Source: Patescibacteria group bacterium (lineage in GTDB: Bacteria; Patescibacteriota; UBA1384; CAJBMM01). From it: DNA of 64,000 nucleotides. Both the position numbers and the translations under genes were made by a program. The notes beneath the pieces were generated by a model. It saw only the letters and a program-made list of their open reading frames with translations, made no database searches and was not told the origin of the DNA. This document shows positions 45,594 through 56,264 of this stretch, piece after piece; position 1 is the first letter of the stretch; each line of letters starts with the position of its first letter. The DNA is taken from positions 149,520-213,519 of the forward strand of contig JBAZWC010000002.1 of the NCBI GenBank assembly GCA_041660565.1. The letters run 5' to 3'.

Positions 45594-46700
45594 ATGAAGG
45601 TCGTAGTTACACAAGAAAACCTACATAAAGCGATGAACGCCATTAGTCGGGTGGTTAGTAACCGCGTTAGCCTGCCAATTTTAGGAAACGTTTTGTTACA
45701 AACCGATAACGGTCGGCTTAAATTATCGGCTACCGATCTTGAAATCGGCTTGACCACTCAAATTGGGGCCAAGGTTGAATCCGACGGGGCCATCACTGTG
45801 CCGTGTCGCGCCTTTAATGAATTTGTTGGCTCGGTGTTTGATTCCACCATCACCTTGGAAACATCAGAGTTGATTCTAAAGCTGTCCAGCGAACGTAATA
45901 AAGCTAATCTACGCGGTGTGGATGCGGAAGAATATCCGGTTATCCCAAGTGTGGATAAAAAGTCCGACTTATCGGTTACCGCCGCCGAATTCCTATCTGC
46001 CCTCAAACAAGTAACCATTGCCGCTGCCACCGACGATACACGTCCGGTATTGGCGGGGATATTGCTGAATTGGAGTGAGGATCAGCTTATTCTGGCCGCA
46101 ACCGACAGTTATCGCCTGGCCGAAAAGAGATTAAAGTTGGCCGAAAAGGTAGCCGAGGAGAAAGCGGTCATTGTGCCGATTCGCTGCGTTAACGAGCTAA
46201 TTCGAGTGCTATCCGGTTACACGCAAGAGAAGGTTAGCATTACCATTAAAGATAATCAGATTCTGTTTGCGTTTGGCGATGTTGAAATTGTGTCGCGTTT
46301 AATTGACGGCAAATATCCCGACTACGTCAAAATCATTCCTGACAAAAAAACCACCACTATTACCGTGAGCGCCGAGTTGTTTCGCCAAACATTACGTTCG
46401 GCCAGTATTTTCGCCAAAGAATCGGCCAATACCGCTAAATTAGTATTTAACACAGCAGGCACGTTGGCAATTAAATCGACCGCTTCGAATTTAGGTGATA
46501 CCGAAACCACCGCGGCGGTAGAGGTGGATGGGGAAGACGTAGAAGCGAATTTTAATATCAAATATCTGCTAGACGCGGTCAGCGTGATTACCGATGAAAA
46601 GGTAGAGTTTGGGCTGTCCGGCAAGTTCTCTGCCGCCCTGCTGGTTGGCGTCGGTTCACCAGACTTTAGATATGTAATAATGCCGCTTAAAACAGAGTAG
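45594..46700 (+). CDS. dnaN: DNA polymerase III beta sliding clamp.
   Basis: 368 aa, three-domain beta-clamp pattern. Conserved position after dnaA. Confidence 0.85.
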   Translation: MKVVVTQENLHKAMNAISRVVSNRVSLPILGNVLLQTDNGRLKLSATDLEIGLTTQIGAKVESDGAITVPCRAFNEFVGSVFDSTITLETSELILKLSSERNKANLRGVDAEEYPVIPSVDKKSDLSVTAAEFLSALKQVTIAAATDDTRPVLAGILLNWSEDQLILAATDSYRLAEKRLKLAEKVAEEKAVIVPIRCVNELIRVLSGYTQEKVSITIKDNQILFAFGDVEIVSRLIDGKYPDYVKIIPDKKTTTITVSAELFRQTLRSASIFAKESANTAKLVFNTAGTLAIKSTASNLGDTETTAAVEVDGEDVEANFNIKYLLDAVSVITDEKVEFGLSGKFSAALLVGVGSPDFRYVIMPLKTE

Positions 46701-46792
46701 GGGCAGTTAGGGGGGGGCTTAGGGAGATTTGGGGCATTGGGGGAACCGTTGGCTCTCCCAATCACCCCAATGTCCCCAATCCCCCTAATAGG
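46698..46792. repeat. G-rich/C-rich imperfect palindromic intergenic element of the TTAGGG/TTGGGG...CCCCAAT family.
   Basis: 'ggggcagttagggggggcttagggagatttggggcattgggggaacc...tcccaatcaccccaatgtccccaatccccctaatagg' in the dnaN-recF spacer. It shares 'aatcaccccaatgtccccaat' with 63821-63845. Confidence 0.7.
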
Positions 46793-46801
46793 CCTTTAAC
46801 T

Positions 46802-47869
46802 ATGATAACAAATTTAACTCTAAAAAATTGGAGATGCTACTCTGACGCTAGTTTTGACTTTGGTCAAACTACGGTAATTTTGGGACCAAACGGGGTGGGC
46901 AAAACAAACATCATTGAGGCAATTTATTATTTATCCACCGCGCGTTCGTTTCGTACTATTCATGACAAAGATTTAATCAAGGCCAAAGCGCCTTTTGCCC
47001 AAATTTCTTCGGGCCCGGTGCAAATTACTATCGTTGATGGTCTAAAAATCCAAAAACAGCTTAAAGTGCATCAAAAACCGGCGCGGATGTTGCAAATTTT
47101 AGGGGTGCAACCGTCGGTGCTGTTTACCCCGGAAAGTATGGCGCTTGCAAACGGCTCACCGAGCTTAAGACGGCTTTTTATGGATGTGGTGCTGTCCCAG
47201 ACCGATTTGGTTTATGCGCGCCAACTGATCGAATATCAGCGTGCTCTACGGCAGCGCAACTTACTACTACATCAAATTAAGCTAGGTACGTCCTCAACCG
47301 AATCGCTTAAAATGTGGGATGAGTTGTTGGTAACGTGTGCCATTCCGATTGTGCTGGCGCGTAAAAAATTTGTAAATCAGATGGCAGGCATCAACCAGTA
47401 CTATCGCCAAATTAGCCAAAGTGCCGGCGAGCTATCAGTTAATTATTTGTGTTCGATTGAGAGGCATGGGGCGGTGGTTGAAACCGAAGCGGCGCTAACC
47501 TCGCGATTTCATCAGCGTTTAATTGATCGCCGGGTAGCCGAAATGCAAAGTGCACGCACGTTGGTTGGCCCGCACCGAGACGATCTGGAAATTTTACTGG
47601 ATCAGAATTTGCTGGCGACGTTTGGCTCACGCGGGCAAATGCGCACCGCGGTAGTGGCGCTAAAGTTGTTTGAGTTTGAATATATGAAATCTCAGTCTGA
47701 TAGGGTGCCAACATTGTTGTTTGATGATGTTTTTTCCGAATTTGACTTAACACACCGCCGCCAGATGTTAGATTTGGCGCTTGGTGCTCAAATAATCTTC
47801 ACCGCCACTGATCTAAGCGGGTTAGGGGAGTTGGGGAAAGAAGTAAAGATTATAAACTTAGGGGCGTAA
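46802..47869 (+). CDS. recF: DNA replication/repair protein RecF.
   Basis: 355 aa. Walker A 'GPNGVGKTN' and an SMC-like signature region. dnaA-dnaN-recF synteny. Confidence 0.85.
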   Translation: MITNLTLKNWRCYSDASFDFGQTTVILGPNGVGKTNIIEAIYYLSTARSFRTIHDKDLIKAKAPFAQISSGPVQITIVDGLKIQKQLKVHQKPARMLQILGVQPSVLFTPESMALANGSPSLRRLFMDVVLSQTDLVYARQLIEYQRALRQRNLLLHQIKLGTSSTESLKMWDELLVTCAIPIVLARKKFVNQMAGINQYYRQISQSAGELSVNYLCSIERHGAVVETEAALTSRFHQRLIDRRVAEMQSARTLVGPHRDDLEILLDQNLLATFGSRGQMRTAVVALKLFEFEYMKSQSDRVPTLLFDDVFSEFDLTHRRQMLDLALGAQIIFTATDLSGLGELGKEVKIINLGA

Positions 47870-47950
47870 GGGTGGTTTGGGAAGTTAGGGGTGTTGGAAA
47901 AGCCGATGGTCTACCAACCGCCCAAACTACCCCAACGACCCTAACCGTCT
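47860..47950. repeat. G-rich/C-rich palindromic intergenic element (same family).
   Basis: 'ggggcgtaagggtggtttgggaagttaggggtgttgg...ccaaccgcccaaactaccccaacgaccctaaccg' downstream of recF. Confidence 0.65.
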
Positions 47951-48039
47951 TAGTTGACAAAAACTGGCAAAAAGTGTATAACCTAGTCAGCTAGGTTCTT
48001 TAAGATTGGCCCAAACCGTTGGGCCATTAACCGCCTCTT

Positions 48040-48645
48040 GTGGGGCAGAAAGAGACAGGGCTGACCATGTCTGATGACATGCTCGGCAAGGTTGTAAAGA
48101 AGCTCGCGAAGGTCCCCGAAATGTGGGGGTTGATCGACGACCTTCTGACGAAGATCGAGAATCCTGATATGCTCGCGGCCATTAAGCAGTGTTTGCGCGG
48201 GAGTAATCCTTGGCCGCGCACGCGGCGAGAACTGCTGCAGGCCTGCGCTAACGCTGGCATTTCGTTGTTTGGTGGGAGCGTTGAGTCGGCGGACCACGAA
48301 GGCCAACAGCTTCCGATCAGGGGTGATCTACCAGAGCTGCTGCGCGACTTCGACGAGGTCCTCCGATTGCAGGAACAAGGAAAATCGCCAGTCGACCCGA
48401 TCTTAGGTCAGCCTGACGATGACAACTGCCGACTGCTAAGTGTCGAAGAGACTCTCGTGGTTATTCTGGCGTGGTTTCGCAAGAACAAGCGGGCGCCGGA
48501 TAGAGTTGTTTATCTGAGGTGCCGCAACACCTGCGGCCGCGGCTTCTCGCTCCTCGTCTACTGGGGCCCCGATGACGGGCTGTGCGTCCGCTGGTACGGC
48601 AATGGCAATCGCGTTTCGGACGCCGGTGGGCTGCTCAGGGCGTGA
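48040..48645 (+). CDS. Hypothetical protein on a GC-rich island.
   Basis: 201-aa ORF. DNA is GC-rich relative to its flanks. Inserted between recF and the DUF721-like gene. No motif recognised. Confidence 0.3.
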   Translation: MGQKETGLTMSDDMLGKVVKKLAKVPEMWGLIDDLLTKIENPDMLAAIKQCLRGSNPWPRTRRELLQACANAGISLFGGSVESADHEGQQLPIRGDLPELLRDFDEVLRLQEQGKSPVDPILGQPDDDNCRLLSVEETLVVILAWFRKNKRAPDRVVYLRCRNTCGRGFSLLVYWGPDDGLCVRWYGNGNRVSDAGGLLRA

Positions 48646-48656
48646 CGGGGGACATG

Positions 48657-48692
48657 ACGGGTGTGGTGCAAGATGCACCGCACCCGTTTTCA
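48657..48692 (+). terminator. Rho-independent terminator candidate.
   Basis: GC-rich imperfect hairpin 'gggtgtggtgcaagatgcaccgcaccc' followed by 'gttttcatt'. Confidence 0.5.
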
Positions 48693-48722
48693 TTATCAAA
48701 AATAATCAGATAGAATCAAGCC

Positions 48723-48992
48723 ATGGATGACATTAAAGAACTATTACTAAAGCGGATGAATCAACATCATTTGGGTAGTGAAGCGATTGCCTCCCAAGTG
48801 TGCTACAGCATTAACCAAATTGCCGAAGGTAGATTTGAAGCCATTCGGTATAAAAATGGCGTGTTGACCGTTACAGTGCCGTCTAGCAGTGCCGCCAGCG
48901 ACCTTCAAGGTGGTATGTCGGCCTTAAAAATCAGATTATCACAAAGAGTCAGTCCGAATAGAATTATTAGAATAATTATAAAAACAAAATAA
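48723..48992 (+). CDS. DUF721/DciA-like small protein (candidate helicase-loader).
   Basis: 89 aa. The 'LGSEAIASQVCYSINQIA...EAIRYKNGVLTVTVPSSSAASDLQ' pattern and the position right after recF match the DUF721 family seen in dnaA-dnaN-recF-DUF721-gyrB neighbourhoods. Confidence 0.4.
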   Translation: MDDIKELLLKRMNQHHLGSEAIASQVCYSINQIAEGRFEAIRYKNGVLTVTVPSSSAASDLQGGMSALKIRLSQRVSPNRIIRIIIKTK

Positions 48993-49110
48993 TTCCAAAT
49001 TTCCAATCAAGCCAATTTATCCAATTTGGCCAATTGGATTTTTTTTATACAGATTTCTCCAACAGCTCGACAAGGCTCGCAGGGTCGAAATGACAGGCTG
49101 TGGCATTGGC

Positions 49111-52100
49111 CTAGAACCCTAGGTGAACTCTATCTGTCGTTTTATCAAACCATCCCGGGCCAATTTTGGCTGGACGGGTGGTTAGGTTGCCGTAGAGCGA
49201 TGTCGAAATTGTCTCAAACAAATTTAGGTCGTTGGTATCGTACGTGCCAATTTGATTTGGTTTAAGGTTGGTATTGCGGGTGCGATCTTTCATTAACAAT
49301 AACGAACCAATTACGCGCCGTACTTCGTATTGCGCCCCCGCTTTGATCCCTTTGCGATACGAATCGTTGCTGGTGCCGCTAAACTGGTTGGGTAGTTTAA
49401 GTTGTGAATCCAAGCTGGAGCTGGCGGTGATGTTAGCCGTTTCGGTAGTCTGACTGTTTAGAGCAGTTTTGAGTGCGGCTAACGAAGCGTTAGCTTGATT
49501 GGCGTCGGCTGATCCCGAAAGCGGGTAGTAGTCGATGGCGCAGGTAACGGTGGTTTTTCCCCAGATAAAGTTGAAGAAGATAAATAATCCTAAGCTAATT
49601 GGATCGGGATGAATTAGATATTGGATTAGGTAAATTAGCGTGCCGGATTGCAATCCCAGCACTGATTCAACTTGTCCAATTTGTTTTTGGAAGATCACGT
49701 TGGCTACCGCGGCAATAATCATCGATGTCTGGGTTTTAAACTGACGCGAGGCAGAGTTCATGTTACTGCTGGCGTTATCTAACGCTTCGTTAAACGCTTC
49801 GGTGCCCATGGTGCTGGCGTCTGACAGGCTTTGCATCGCTTGCATAGAGGCGTTTTGATAGGTGGCCAGGGCAGTTTGGTATTGGGTGATGCCTTGGTAG
49901 ATGGTCATTGTGGTGCCGGATTGCATCCCTAGCGTTTTATCGGCCCAGTTAAAAGCGGCACCTTGCCACGATGTCCACAAGTTGGCTTGCAATTTGGCAG
50001 TGTCGCCACTGAATGCGTATCCAACCAGCGCTGAGCCGGTGCCCGGGGCCAGATCGATGTTGAATACTTTGTTGGTTAGTCGATCAAAGCTGGTGCCCAG
50101 TTTATCGATGCCGGTGCGGCCGCCGGCGTCTCTGGCGGTTAGTTGAGTCTCGAGCCAAGCGTCATCACCGGAATGTGAAGTAACGTAGTCGGTTAAAATC
50201 CCCAGCGTGTCGGCCGGAATGCCCATATCTTTAAGAATTGGGATGTTGTTTACCGCGTAAGACACCATAAAGTCTTTGGCGTAGCGCCAGCGGGCGGCGT
50301 CGCCGGTTAGGCTGATCGTTTTGCCGGTGATATCAACGTAGGTGTATTGCCCGCCAATTAATGCTTTGGCGAATCCGGGCTGAATGAATTTGGCGACATC
50401 ATCAGGCAACAGTTTGCGCGCCTGATAATCCATATATTTGTACGATAGATTTTGGCGGGCGTTGTTCATAAACTGACGGTTTAGAGATTCTACATCGGAC
50501 ATATAAAGTAAGGCAATGTCGCCACCGGCGGCCGCTAGCTCAGGGTGAGCGGTTGCTAGTTGGGCGTTGATGTAATCTTGCTGTGCAATCGGATCGCCGA
50601 TAATCGAATTACGGATGTCGGCGTAGGTAATGCCAGCCTCTTTCATATCAGCGGTGTTAGCCATCATGGCGGCGCCGATGTAGGTCATGCCAATGGTAAA
50701 GTGACCATTAAATAGGTTTGCCGCATCCACGCTGGTAAACCCGTTAACGTTGACTATCTTAGCCGCTTCTTCGCTTAGAGCGTTAGTGTAGTTCCCTCGA
50801 AACATCATCTGGAGCGAAACGGTGCTAATGCCGGTGATTTGCGATAGTTTGAGAGCGCCTTGATAAATTAGAGTCCGTTTAAGCTCGGTAACGTTGTTCA
50901 TATTGGCCAGCAAGTGCGAAAAAGTACCCCTGTCCCAACCGACTTGCGCGTCAACATAAGTGCCACCAAAGCCGCCGACTAAATCTTGAAACGCTTTCAT
51001 ATTCTCACCGTTGGCCAACGCGCTGATTACGTCTTTGCCGAGAATCGAATATTTATCCGGAATACCTAAAATGCTAGCCAGCTCACCCGCAATGCCATCG
51101 GTAACGGCTTTCTTGCTGGTGGCTTGAACATAATCATCGGGTGATATGCCGCCTTGCATCATCTTCAAGGTCGAACCGCTTTCAATGCCTAACGATTGGT
51201 CGATAATATCAAATCGTTTTAGGGTGACATCAGAGAAATGACCTTCCGCGCCAACGCTTGGGCCGATGGTAGAGGTTAGATAATTGTAAACAATTTGGTC
51301 GCGCTGAGATTTCATCGCATTGGTGCTGTACGAAAAACTGACTGCGTTTAGTTGCGCTTGTACCGTGCTAGGTAAAATGATGCCGTACGCGCTGGCAAAC
51401 GATTCCGCACCGGTTTTCTTAGCCACATCTAGCACGGTATTACCGTAAAATGAACTTGCGCCGAAACCAAGTGCTTGTTCGATGGTTGACTGCCCGATGG
51501 CGGATTGTACACCGGCAATCGAATTGGCGTGGGATAGATCGATGGTGTTAAGGTGAAAGACCGAGGCGACTACGTTAGTACCTAAAGCATACAGGCTGAT
51601 GTTATCTGTTCCGGTTAGCAGAGAGGTTGCCAATGCACCCACCGGCAGACCGTGATTTTTTTCGGTGATGCGCTGGCCAATACGATTTAGGACGTTATAG
51701 TACGAACCATCAATCAAATCGTAGAAATCTTGTCCGCTTAAACGATAACCGGCTACTTTGACATCAAACTGCGACGCTAAAACCGATCCGGCATTATAAC
51801 GCAATTGAGCATTGCCAATGCGTTTTTTATAATCCGCAAAGGTGATTTTGCCGTCAAATAAATCTTTAGTCGAGCCGTAGTCGATGTGGTAATAATCATC
51901 GGTTGAGCCAAGTTGAGGCGCGATTGAGGTGAGATATCCACTGTCTTTGTTCACGATTTTAGTGTAATCAACGGACTGTAATCTGAATATTTGTTGCGCT
52001 TGTGATTGGGTTAGCGCCGATTGCCAGTTGTCACTATTTAGACTACCGGTCAATAATCCGGCAATGTTCTCTAAAGCGGATTGTCCCACGCCACCAACTC

Positions 52101-54912
52101 CGCTGTTACCGTTGGCGCCAAGTAAGTTGGCGGCAAACGAAAGGGCGGTTGGAGGCAGGTTAAGGGCGGTTGAAACCTTCATCGCGCCATATTGCAAAGC
52201 GATACTGTTTAAGGCGGTCGGGTTGTTGAGTAGCGAATAAACCAGATTCGGCGTAATTTCGGAAGGATTCGAGGCTTTAGTGGCAAGGGCGGTGTACTTG
52301 ATGGTGACGGTGTTGCTACCCAGGTTGTTGTATTGGTTGCTGGGTAGAGTAACGGTGGTGCCATCGGCGCTGACACTGTAGCTGGACGGCGAAAGCGGTG
52401 CCCCTTCGCGATCGGTAACTGTAACAGACGAAACTTTAACCGCTTTGTTTGATAGATGGTAGGTCAAAGCACTGGCGTCGCTGACCGGGAACGACTCAAT
52501 GGTTTCGCTGGTTGACGGCCGAGATCTGTCGTATTGATACAACAGATTAGCTAGGTTTTGATCGCCGATTGCTTTGGTAGCAATATTGCTGAAAGTGTAG
52601 TTCATTTGGCTTTCCGCAACTTGACGAATGGTGTTTTGGCGCTGGGTGGCCGCGGTCTGGTAGTTTTTTGATGATGAAGTTGGTGCCAAAAATGATCCGA
52701 CAACACTCAAAAACTGGTTTGGTGATAGATTTGAGGTTAGACTGGCGTTGGCGGCGGAAAAATTAAACGTCCGTTTGCCGTTAATGGCATCAAACACCAT
52801 TCCGGTATTTGATAGCACCGCATTATCTTTGTAGCTCTGGCTGAAGATTTTATCTGAGCTCATTTGCAGCGACTTGGCCACGGCATCAACCCCCAATGCT
52901 ACCCAGTAATTCTTATTGCCTTTAATCAGCTCGGATAAAAATTGATTTTGCGGATATTTGTGCAGAGTGGCGCTAGGTGGCACCGGGGTGGTTCCGCCGA
53001 AAATACTAGACTCAATACGCACGTTTGTGCCGTCAGACGTGGTGTAATAACTCGGTTGATCCATCGGTAGATCATAGGCGGTGGTGGTGCTTTGATATGC
53101 GCCGTATTGGTTTAATATTGACCCGTATCCCAACGCCGCTTCGTAATCGGGCAGGCTTAAATCACCCACTACAAAACGGTACGTCATATCGTTGCGGTCG
53201 GTATTTTTAATCTGGTCGATGTACGAAATGTAACCATCACTGAAAACCGATTTATTCTCGGTGTTAGACATATCCGGGAAAAGCTGTTGATCAAAATTAC
53301 TTAAGTTAGCTTTATATTTTTGGCCCTGGGCGCTGTTCCAAAACGAACTGTTTTTATTGGTCAAATCGCCTACCGACACGCTCGTTGGGATATTCAAGGC
53401 GCCTTTGATTAAACTGCTGGCGTAGCTAGAACTGGAACCGGTTAGACCTAATTTTCCGGTAATATTGTTGATGATGGTATTGATGGCCGAATTGGCTGAA
53501 TTAGACACATCGCCCGCACCGGTGGGTAGGTGATAATAGGTTTCCAGCTTTGCTTGCCCGATGGATAGTAATACGTTTTGCGGGCTATCTAGACTACCGC
53601 GCAGGCTTTGATTTTGCAGCCCCAAGCTTTTTTCTAGATAGCGCTGGCCGGCATTGGTCATTACTTCTTCTACAGAATTACCGTTTAAACTGCCAGCGGA
53701 CAAGTTCAGATTTTTTTCCACTGATCTGAGTAAACTGTTAGAAAGTAACGTTTCGACGTTGTTTTGGCTGGTGTTAAGTGGATTAGCGGTAGTGTCGGAA
53801 GCGTTGATGTAAGGATTAAAGACGGCCGAGTTAGGTAAATCCATTAGGTCGGCTAATGCAGCATAACCAAGAGTGCGATAATCGAGTGCGGCGGTGTTAG
53901 GATCAAACGTAGATGGTTTAATGCCCATTTGATTTGCCAACAAGTTATATCCCATCATGGTAAATGCGCCTTTTAAGGCTTGAGCTTGAAAAGTGCCATC
54001 AGACGATTCAAATCCGGCCAAAAACTGGTCTAGCCCGGCAGTGGTAGACATTGAGTCATAGGTGTTGCCGAACGGTGTTTGCACATTGGCTACGCCAGCG
54101 TCGGTTTGCCACGCCACTTTGACCGGCCGCGGCGCTTGCCGAGTGATTTTAGCACCAATCCCCATTACTCCACCCGATTTAGTGGTGCACATCACCAAGC
54201 CAGCCGCGGTAATGTCCGCCGCCTGGCCTTTTTTATGCACCGTAGACACGCCGTTGGGTTCAGTCTGCGCAGAGGTGTTTACGCTCGCGGCTTCGGTAAG
54301 CGGGGCGATGACCCCTGAGATCGACTTGTAAATCTTGATGGCGGCCGAGCTGTTAGATGGGCTAGCGCTAGCACTTGGTTGTGAGCTGGGCGCGGTTTTA
54401 AGTAACGGATAACCCGGGTTGTTTGGATCGGCTGTCTCGCCGTCAAATATTACCGGATAAGCGGTGCCAATTGAATCCGGTGAGTTCTCTTCGGCGCAAC
54501 TTTTACCAAAAGTCACATAAAGGTAAGTCATACCGGCGCCGCCATTGCTTACCGGAGTAACCAAGTAGTTTAGTGATTGCAGTACGCGCTGATCAATTTG
54601 ACCCGATCGTACCAGCTGTTGATCGCACTGAGACATCCCAATTTTGGGTAAGGTCTGATTGTTGTTGCTAAAGTTGGGGCGACGCGACTGCATATCCGAT
54701 AAATTGCTGTAAATATTGGCAATGTAGTTTGCGGATAAACTAGGAGTAAAATCTTGGGTGATATCATCTTCCCCATCTCCGGTGTCTATCTCGCCCGAGG
54801 TTACAATAGTATCACCAATACCACCCTCGGCACGCGCCTGGCCAAGTTGAGCCAACGCAATTGATGGCACCATAGTCAAACAAATTAAAATATAGGTTAT
54901 GACTTTTTGCAT
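49111..54912 (-). CDS. Giant secreted or surface protein (1933 aa), terminal gene of the T4SS-like operon.
   Basis: Uninterrupted 5.8-kb ORF. Signal peptide 'MQKVITYILICLTMVPSIALA/QLG'. S/T/N/G/A/Q-rich, largely hydrophilic, with one hydrophobic segment near the C-terminus (ISLGLFIFFNFIWG). Its start overlaps the stop of the upstream hydrolase gene. Confidence 0.6.
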   Translation of the reverse strand: MQKVITYILICLTMVPSIALAQLGQARAEGGIGDTIVTSGEIDTGDGEDDITQDFTPSLSANYIANIYSNLSDMQSRRPNFSNNNQTLPKIGMSQCDQQLVRSGQIDQRVLQSLNYLVTPVSNGGAGMTYLYVTFGKSCAEENSPDSIGTAYPVIFDGETADPNNPGYPLLKTAPSSQPSASASPSNSSAAIKIYKSISGVIAPLTEAASVNTSAQTEPNGVSTVHKKGQAADITAAGLVMCTTKSGGVMGIGAKITRQAPRPVKVAWQTDAGVANVQTPFGNTYDSMSTTAGLDQFLAGFESSDGTFQAQALKGAFTMMGYNLLANQMGIKPSTFDPNTAALDYRTLGYAALADLMDLPNSAVFNPYINASDTTANPLNTSQNNVETLLSNSLLRSVEKNLNLSAGSLNGNSVEEVMTNAGQRYLEKSLGLQNQSLRGSLDSPQNVLLSIGQAKLETYYHLPTGAGDVSNSANSAINTIINNITGKLGLTGSSSSYASSLIKGALNIPTSVSVGDLTNKNSSFWNSAQGQKYKANLSNFDQQLFPDMSNTENKSVFSDGYISYIDQIKNTDRNDMTYRFVVGDLSLPDYEAALGYGSILNQYGAYQSTTTAYDLPMDQPSYYTTSDGTNVRIESSIFGGTTPVPPSATLHKYPQNQFLSELIKGNKNYWVALGVDAVAKSLQMSSDKIFSQSYKDNAVLSNTGMVFDAINGKRTFNFSAANASLTSNLSPNQFLSVVGSFLAPTSSSKNYQTAATQRQNTIRQVAESQMNYTFSNIATKAIGDQNLANLLYQYDRSRPSTSETIESFPVSDASALTYHLSNKAVKVSSVTVTDREGAPLSPSSYSVSADGTTVTLPSNQYNNLGSNTVTIKYTALATKASNPSEITPNLVYSLLNNPTALNSIALQYGAMKVSTALNLPPTALSFAANLLGANGNSGVGGVGQSALENIAGLLTGSLNSDNWQSALTQSQAQQIFRLQSVDYTKIVNKDSGYLTSIAPQLGSTDDYYHIDYGSTKDLFDGKITFADYKKRIGNAQLRYNAGSVLASQFDVKVAGYRLSGQDFYDLIDGSYYNVLNRIGQRITEKNHGLPVGALATSLLTGTDNISLYALGTNVVASVFHLNTIDLSHANSIAGVQSAIGQSTIEQALGFGASSFYGNTVLDVAKKTGAESFASAYGIILPSTVQAQLNAVSFSYSTNAMKSQRDQIVYNYLTSTIGPSVGAEGHFSDVTLKRFDIIDQSLGIESGSTLKMMQGGISPDDYVQATSKKAVTDGIAGELASILGIPDKYSILGKDVISALANGENMKAFQDLVGGFGGTYVDAQVGWDRGTFSHLLANMNNVTELKRTLIYQGALKLSQITGISTVSLQMMFRGNYTNALSEEAAKIVNVNGFTSVDAANLFNGHFTIGMTYIGAAMMANTADMKEAGITYADIRNSIIGDPIAQQDYINAQLATAHPELAAAGGDIALLYMSDVESLNRQFMNNARQNLSYKYMDYQARKLLPDDVAKFIQPGFAKALIGGQYTYVDITGKTISLTGDAARWRYAKDFMVSYAVNNIPILKDMGIPADTLGILTDYVTSHSGDDAWLETQLTARDAGGRTGIDKLGTSFDRLTNKVFNIDLAPGTGSALVGYAFSGDTAKLQANLWTSWQGAAFNWADKTLGMQSGTTMTIYQGITQYQTALATYQNASMQAMQSLSDASTMGTEAFNEALDNASSNMNSASRQFKTQTSMIIAAVANVIFQKQIGQVESVLGLQSGTLIYLIQYLIHPDPISLGLFIFFNFIWGKTTVTCAIDYYPLSGSADANQANASLAALKTALNSQTTETANITASSSLDSQLKLPNQFSGTSNDSYRKGIKAGAQYEVRRVIGSLLLMKDRTRNTNLKPNQIGTYDTNDLNLFETISTSLYGNLTTRPAKIGPGWFDKTTDRVHLGF

Positions 54913-56261
54913 GATGCTACCTTTAATCTGGCAATAGTGTCGAGTATTTTGCTGTAACTTTTTGAGACTGTGGGATTGTGGCTACCGATTGAAGCGGCAG
55001 CGATCTGGCCATTGCCGATGTAAAAACCGACATGCCCGTATCCTCCGCCTACTTTCTTACCGTGCGAGTCGTATCTGATGGGGCTTTTGCCAGATCGGTA
55101 AAGTAAATCACCCTGGGCAAATTGTGAGTAAAAATCGGACCCGGACTTTGAGAAATCAACCTTAATTACTTCATAGCACGCTGTTTGTTGTTTGACGTAT
55201 AAATACTGATCGTAAGCGACACCAGTGAGGTTATCGTCAGCGTCGGTCTCGTGCATCACGCGAATGGCAAATGAGTTACAAGCGGTTTTATCACTAACAT
55301 CGCAAGTTGCGTATTTTTTAATTCCTTCCGGATCCGAGGCGTAATATCGAGCCAACTTAGCGATTTTTTGTCCGATTTCACTGGCTGGCACGCCACCGTA
55401 TCCCCAAATGTTTAGTTGATTAATATCATCCATCATTGCGATCAACGATTTTTTATCCACATCTGTGTCGTTGCTGGAGTAGGTAGCTAGTCGAGTGGAT
55501 AGATCGGTTAGCTTGTCTAGCGCAGCTTGATCTGGTTTTGGCCGTCCGGTTGGGGGATTGTTGGTGGCGGCACTTTGGGCGCTTTTGATTACATCGAGAA
55601 TGATTTGTTTACTGGCCGCGTCTAACTGACGGCGCGAGATTATATCCCCGGCATTCATTAAGGTGATGGTTTTTTCAGACGAGGCACTGGCTTGTTTAGG
55701 ACTACTGCCACCGTTTATTGAGACGGCGATAGCAATTGCGATCGCAATAATTATTAGTATAACCAGAAAAATAATCGCTGATACCGGATTTGCAAATAGC
55801 GCCATCGCCCCTCGCGCCACTCCTTGCCCGACTAACTTAACTCCCTGAGCTACGACTTTTGTTGCTTCAGTAGCGGCTTTTCCCGCTACTTTACCCACTT
55901 GCCCGGCGGCTTTACCGGTTTGGCTGGCTACTCTGGTGGTCTGCTCGGCCGCTTTACTGGCTTGGCTGGCAACTTTGGCTGATGCTTCAGTTGTTTTACC
56001 AACTTTGCCTACCGAGGAAGCCTCTGCCGTACTTTCCGGGCTATGCAAAAATCGATTAAAAATTGACTGACGCGGATTTACATCGTCATTAATGCCTTTA
56101 CTGGGAGTGCCGGTTGGGTTGCGGTTAATTGGTTTAAGGCCGGCTTGCTGGGCTTGGTCGTACCGGGTTTTCTGATCATCAGCATCGACAGCGCCAACCT
56201 CGCCCGTTGGTATTTCGGGAGTAACTTCATCGTCTACTATGTCAAAGTTTGGGTCTGGCAT
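54897..56261 (-). CDS. Bitopic membrane protein with C-terminal CHAP/NlpC-P60-like peptidoglycan hydrolase domain (PrgK/CwlT-like).
   Basis: 454 aa. Hydrophilic N-terminal region, central TM (VSAIIFLVILIIIAIAIAIAV). The C-terminal domain has conserved Cys ('ATCDVSDKTACNS') and 'GHVGFYIGNGQ' His motifs typical of CHAP/NlpC-P60. Confidence 0.45.
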   Translation of the reverse strand: MPDPNFDIVDDEVTPEIPTGEVGAVDADDQKTRYDQAQQAGLKPINRNPTGTPSKGINDDVNPRQSIFNRFLHSPESTAEASSVGKVGKTTEASAKVASQASKAAEQTTRVASQTGKAAGQVGKVAGKAATEATKVVAQGVKLVGQGVARGAMALFANPVSAIIFLVILIIIAIAIAIAVSINGGSSPKQASASSEKTITLMNAGDIISRRQLDAASKQIILDVIKSAQSAATNNPPTGRPKPDQAALDKLTDLSTRLATYSSNDTDVDKKSLIAMMDDINQLNIWGYGGVPASEIGQKIAKLARYYASDPEGIKKYATCDVSDKTACNSFAIRVMHETDADDNLTGVAYDQYLYVKQQTACYEVIKVDFSKSGSDFYSQFAQGDLLYRSGKSPIRYDSHGKKVGGGYGHVGFYIGNGQIAAASIGSHNPTVSKSYSKILDTIARLKVASCKKS

Positions 56262-56264
56262 ATT

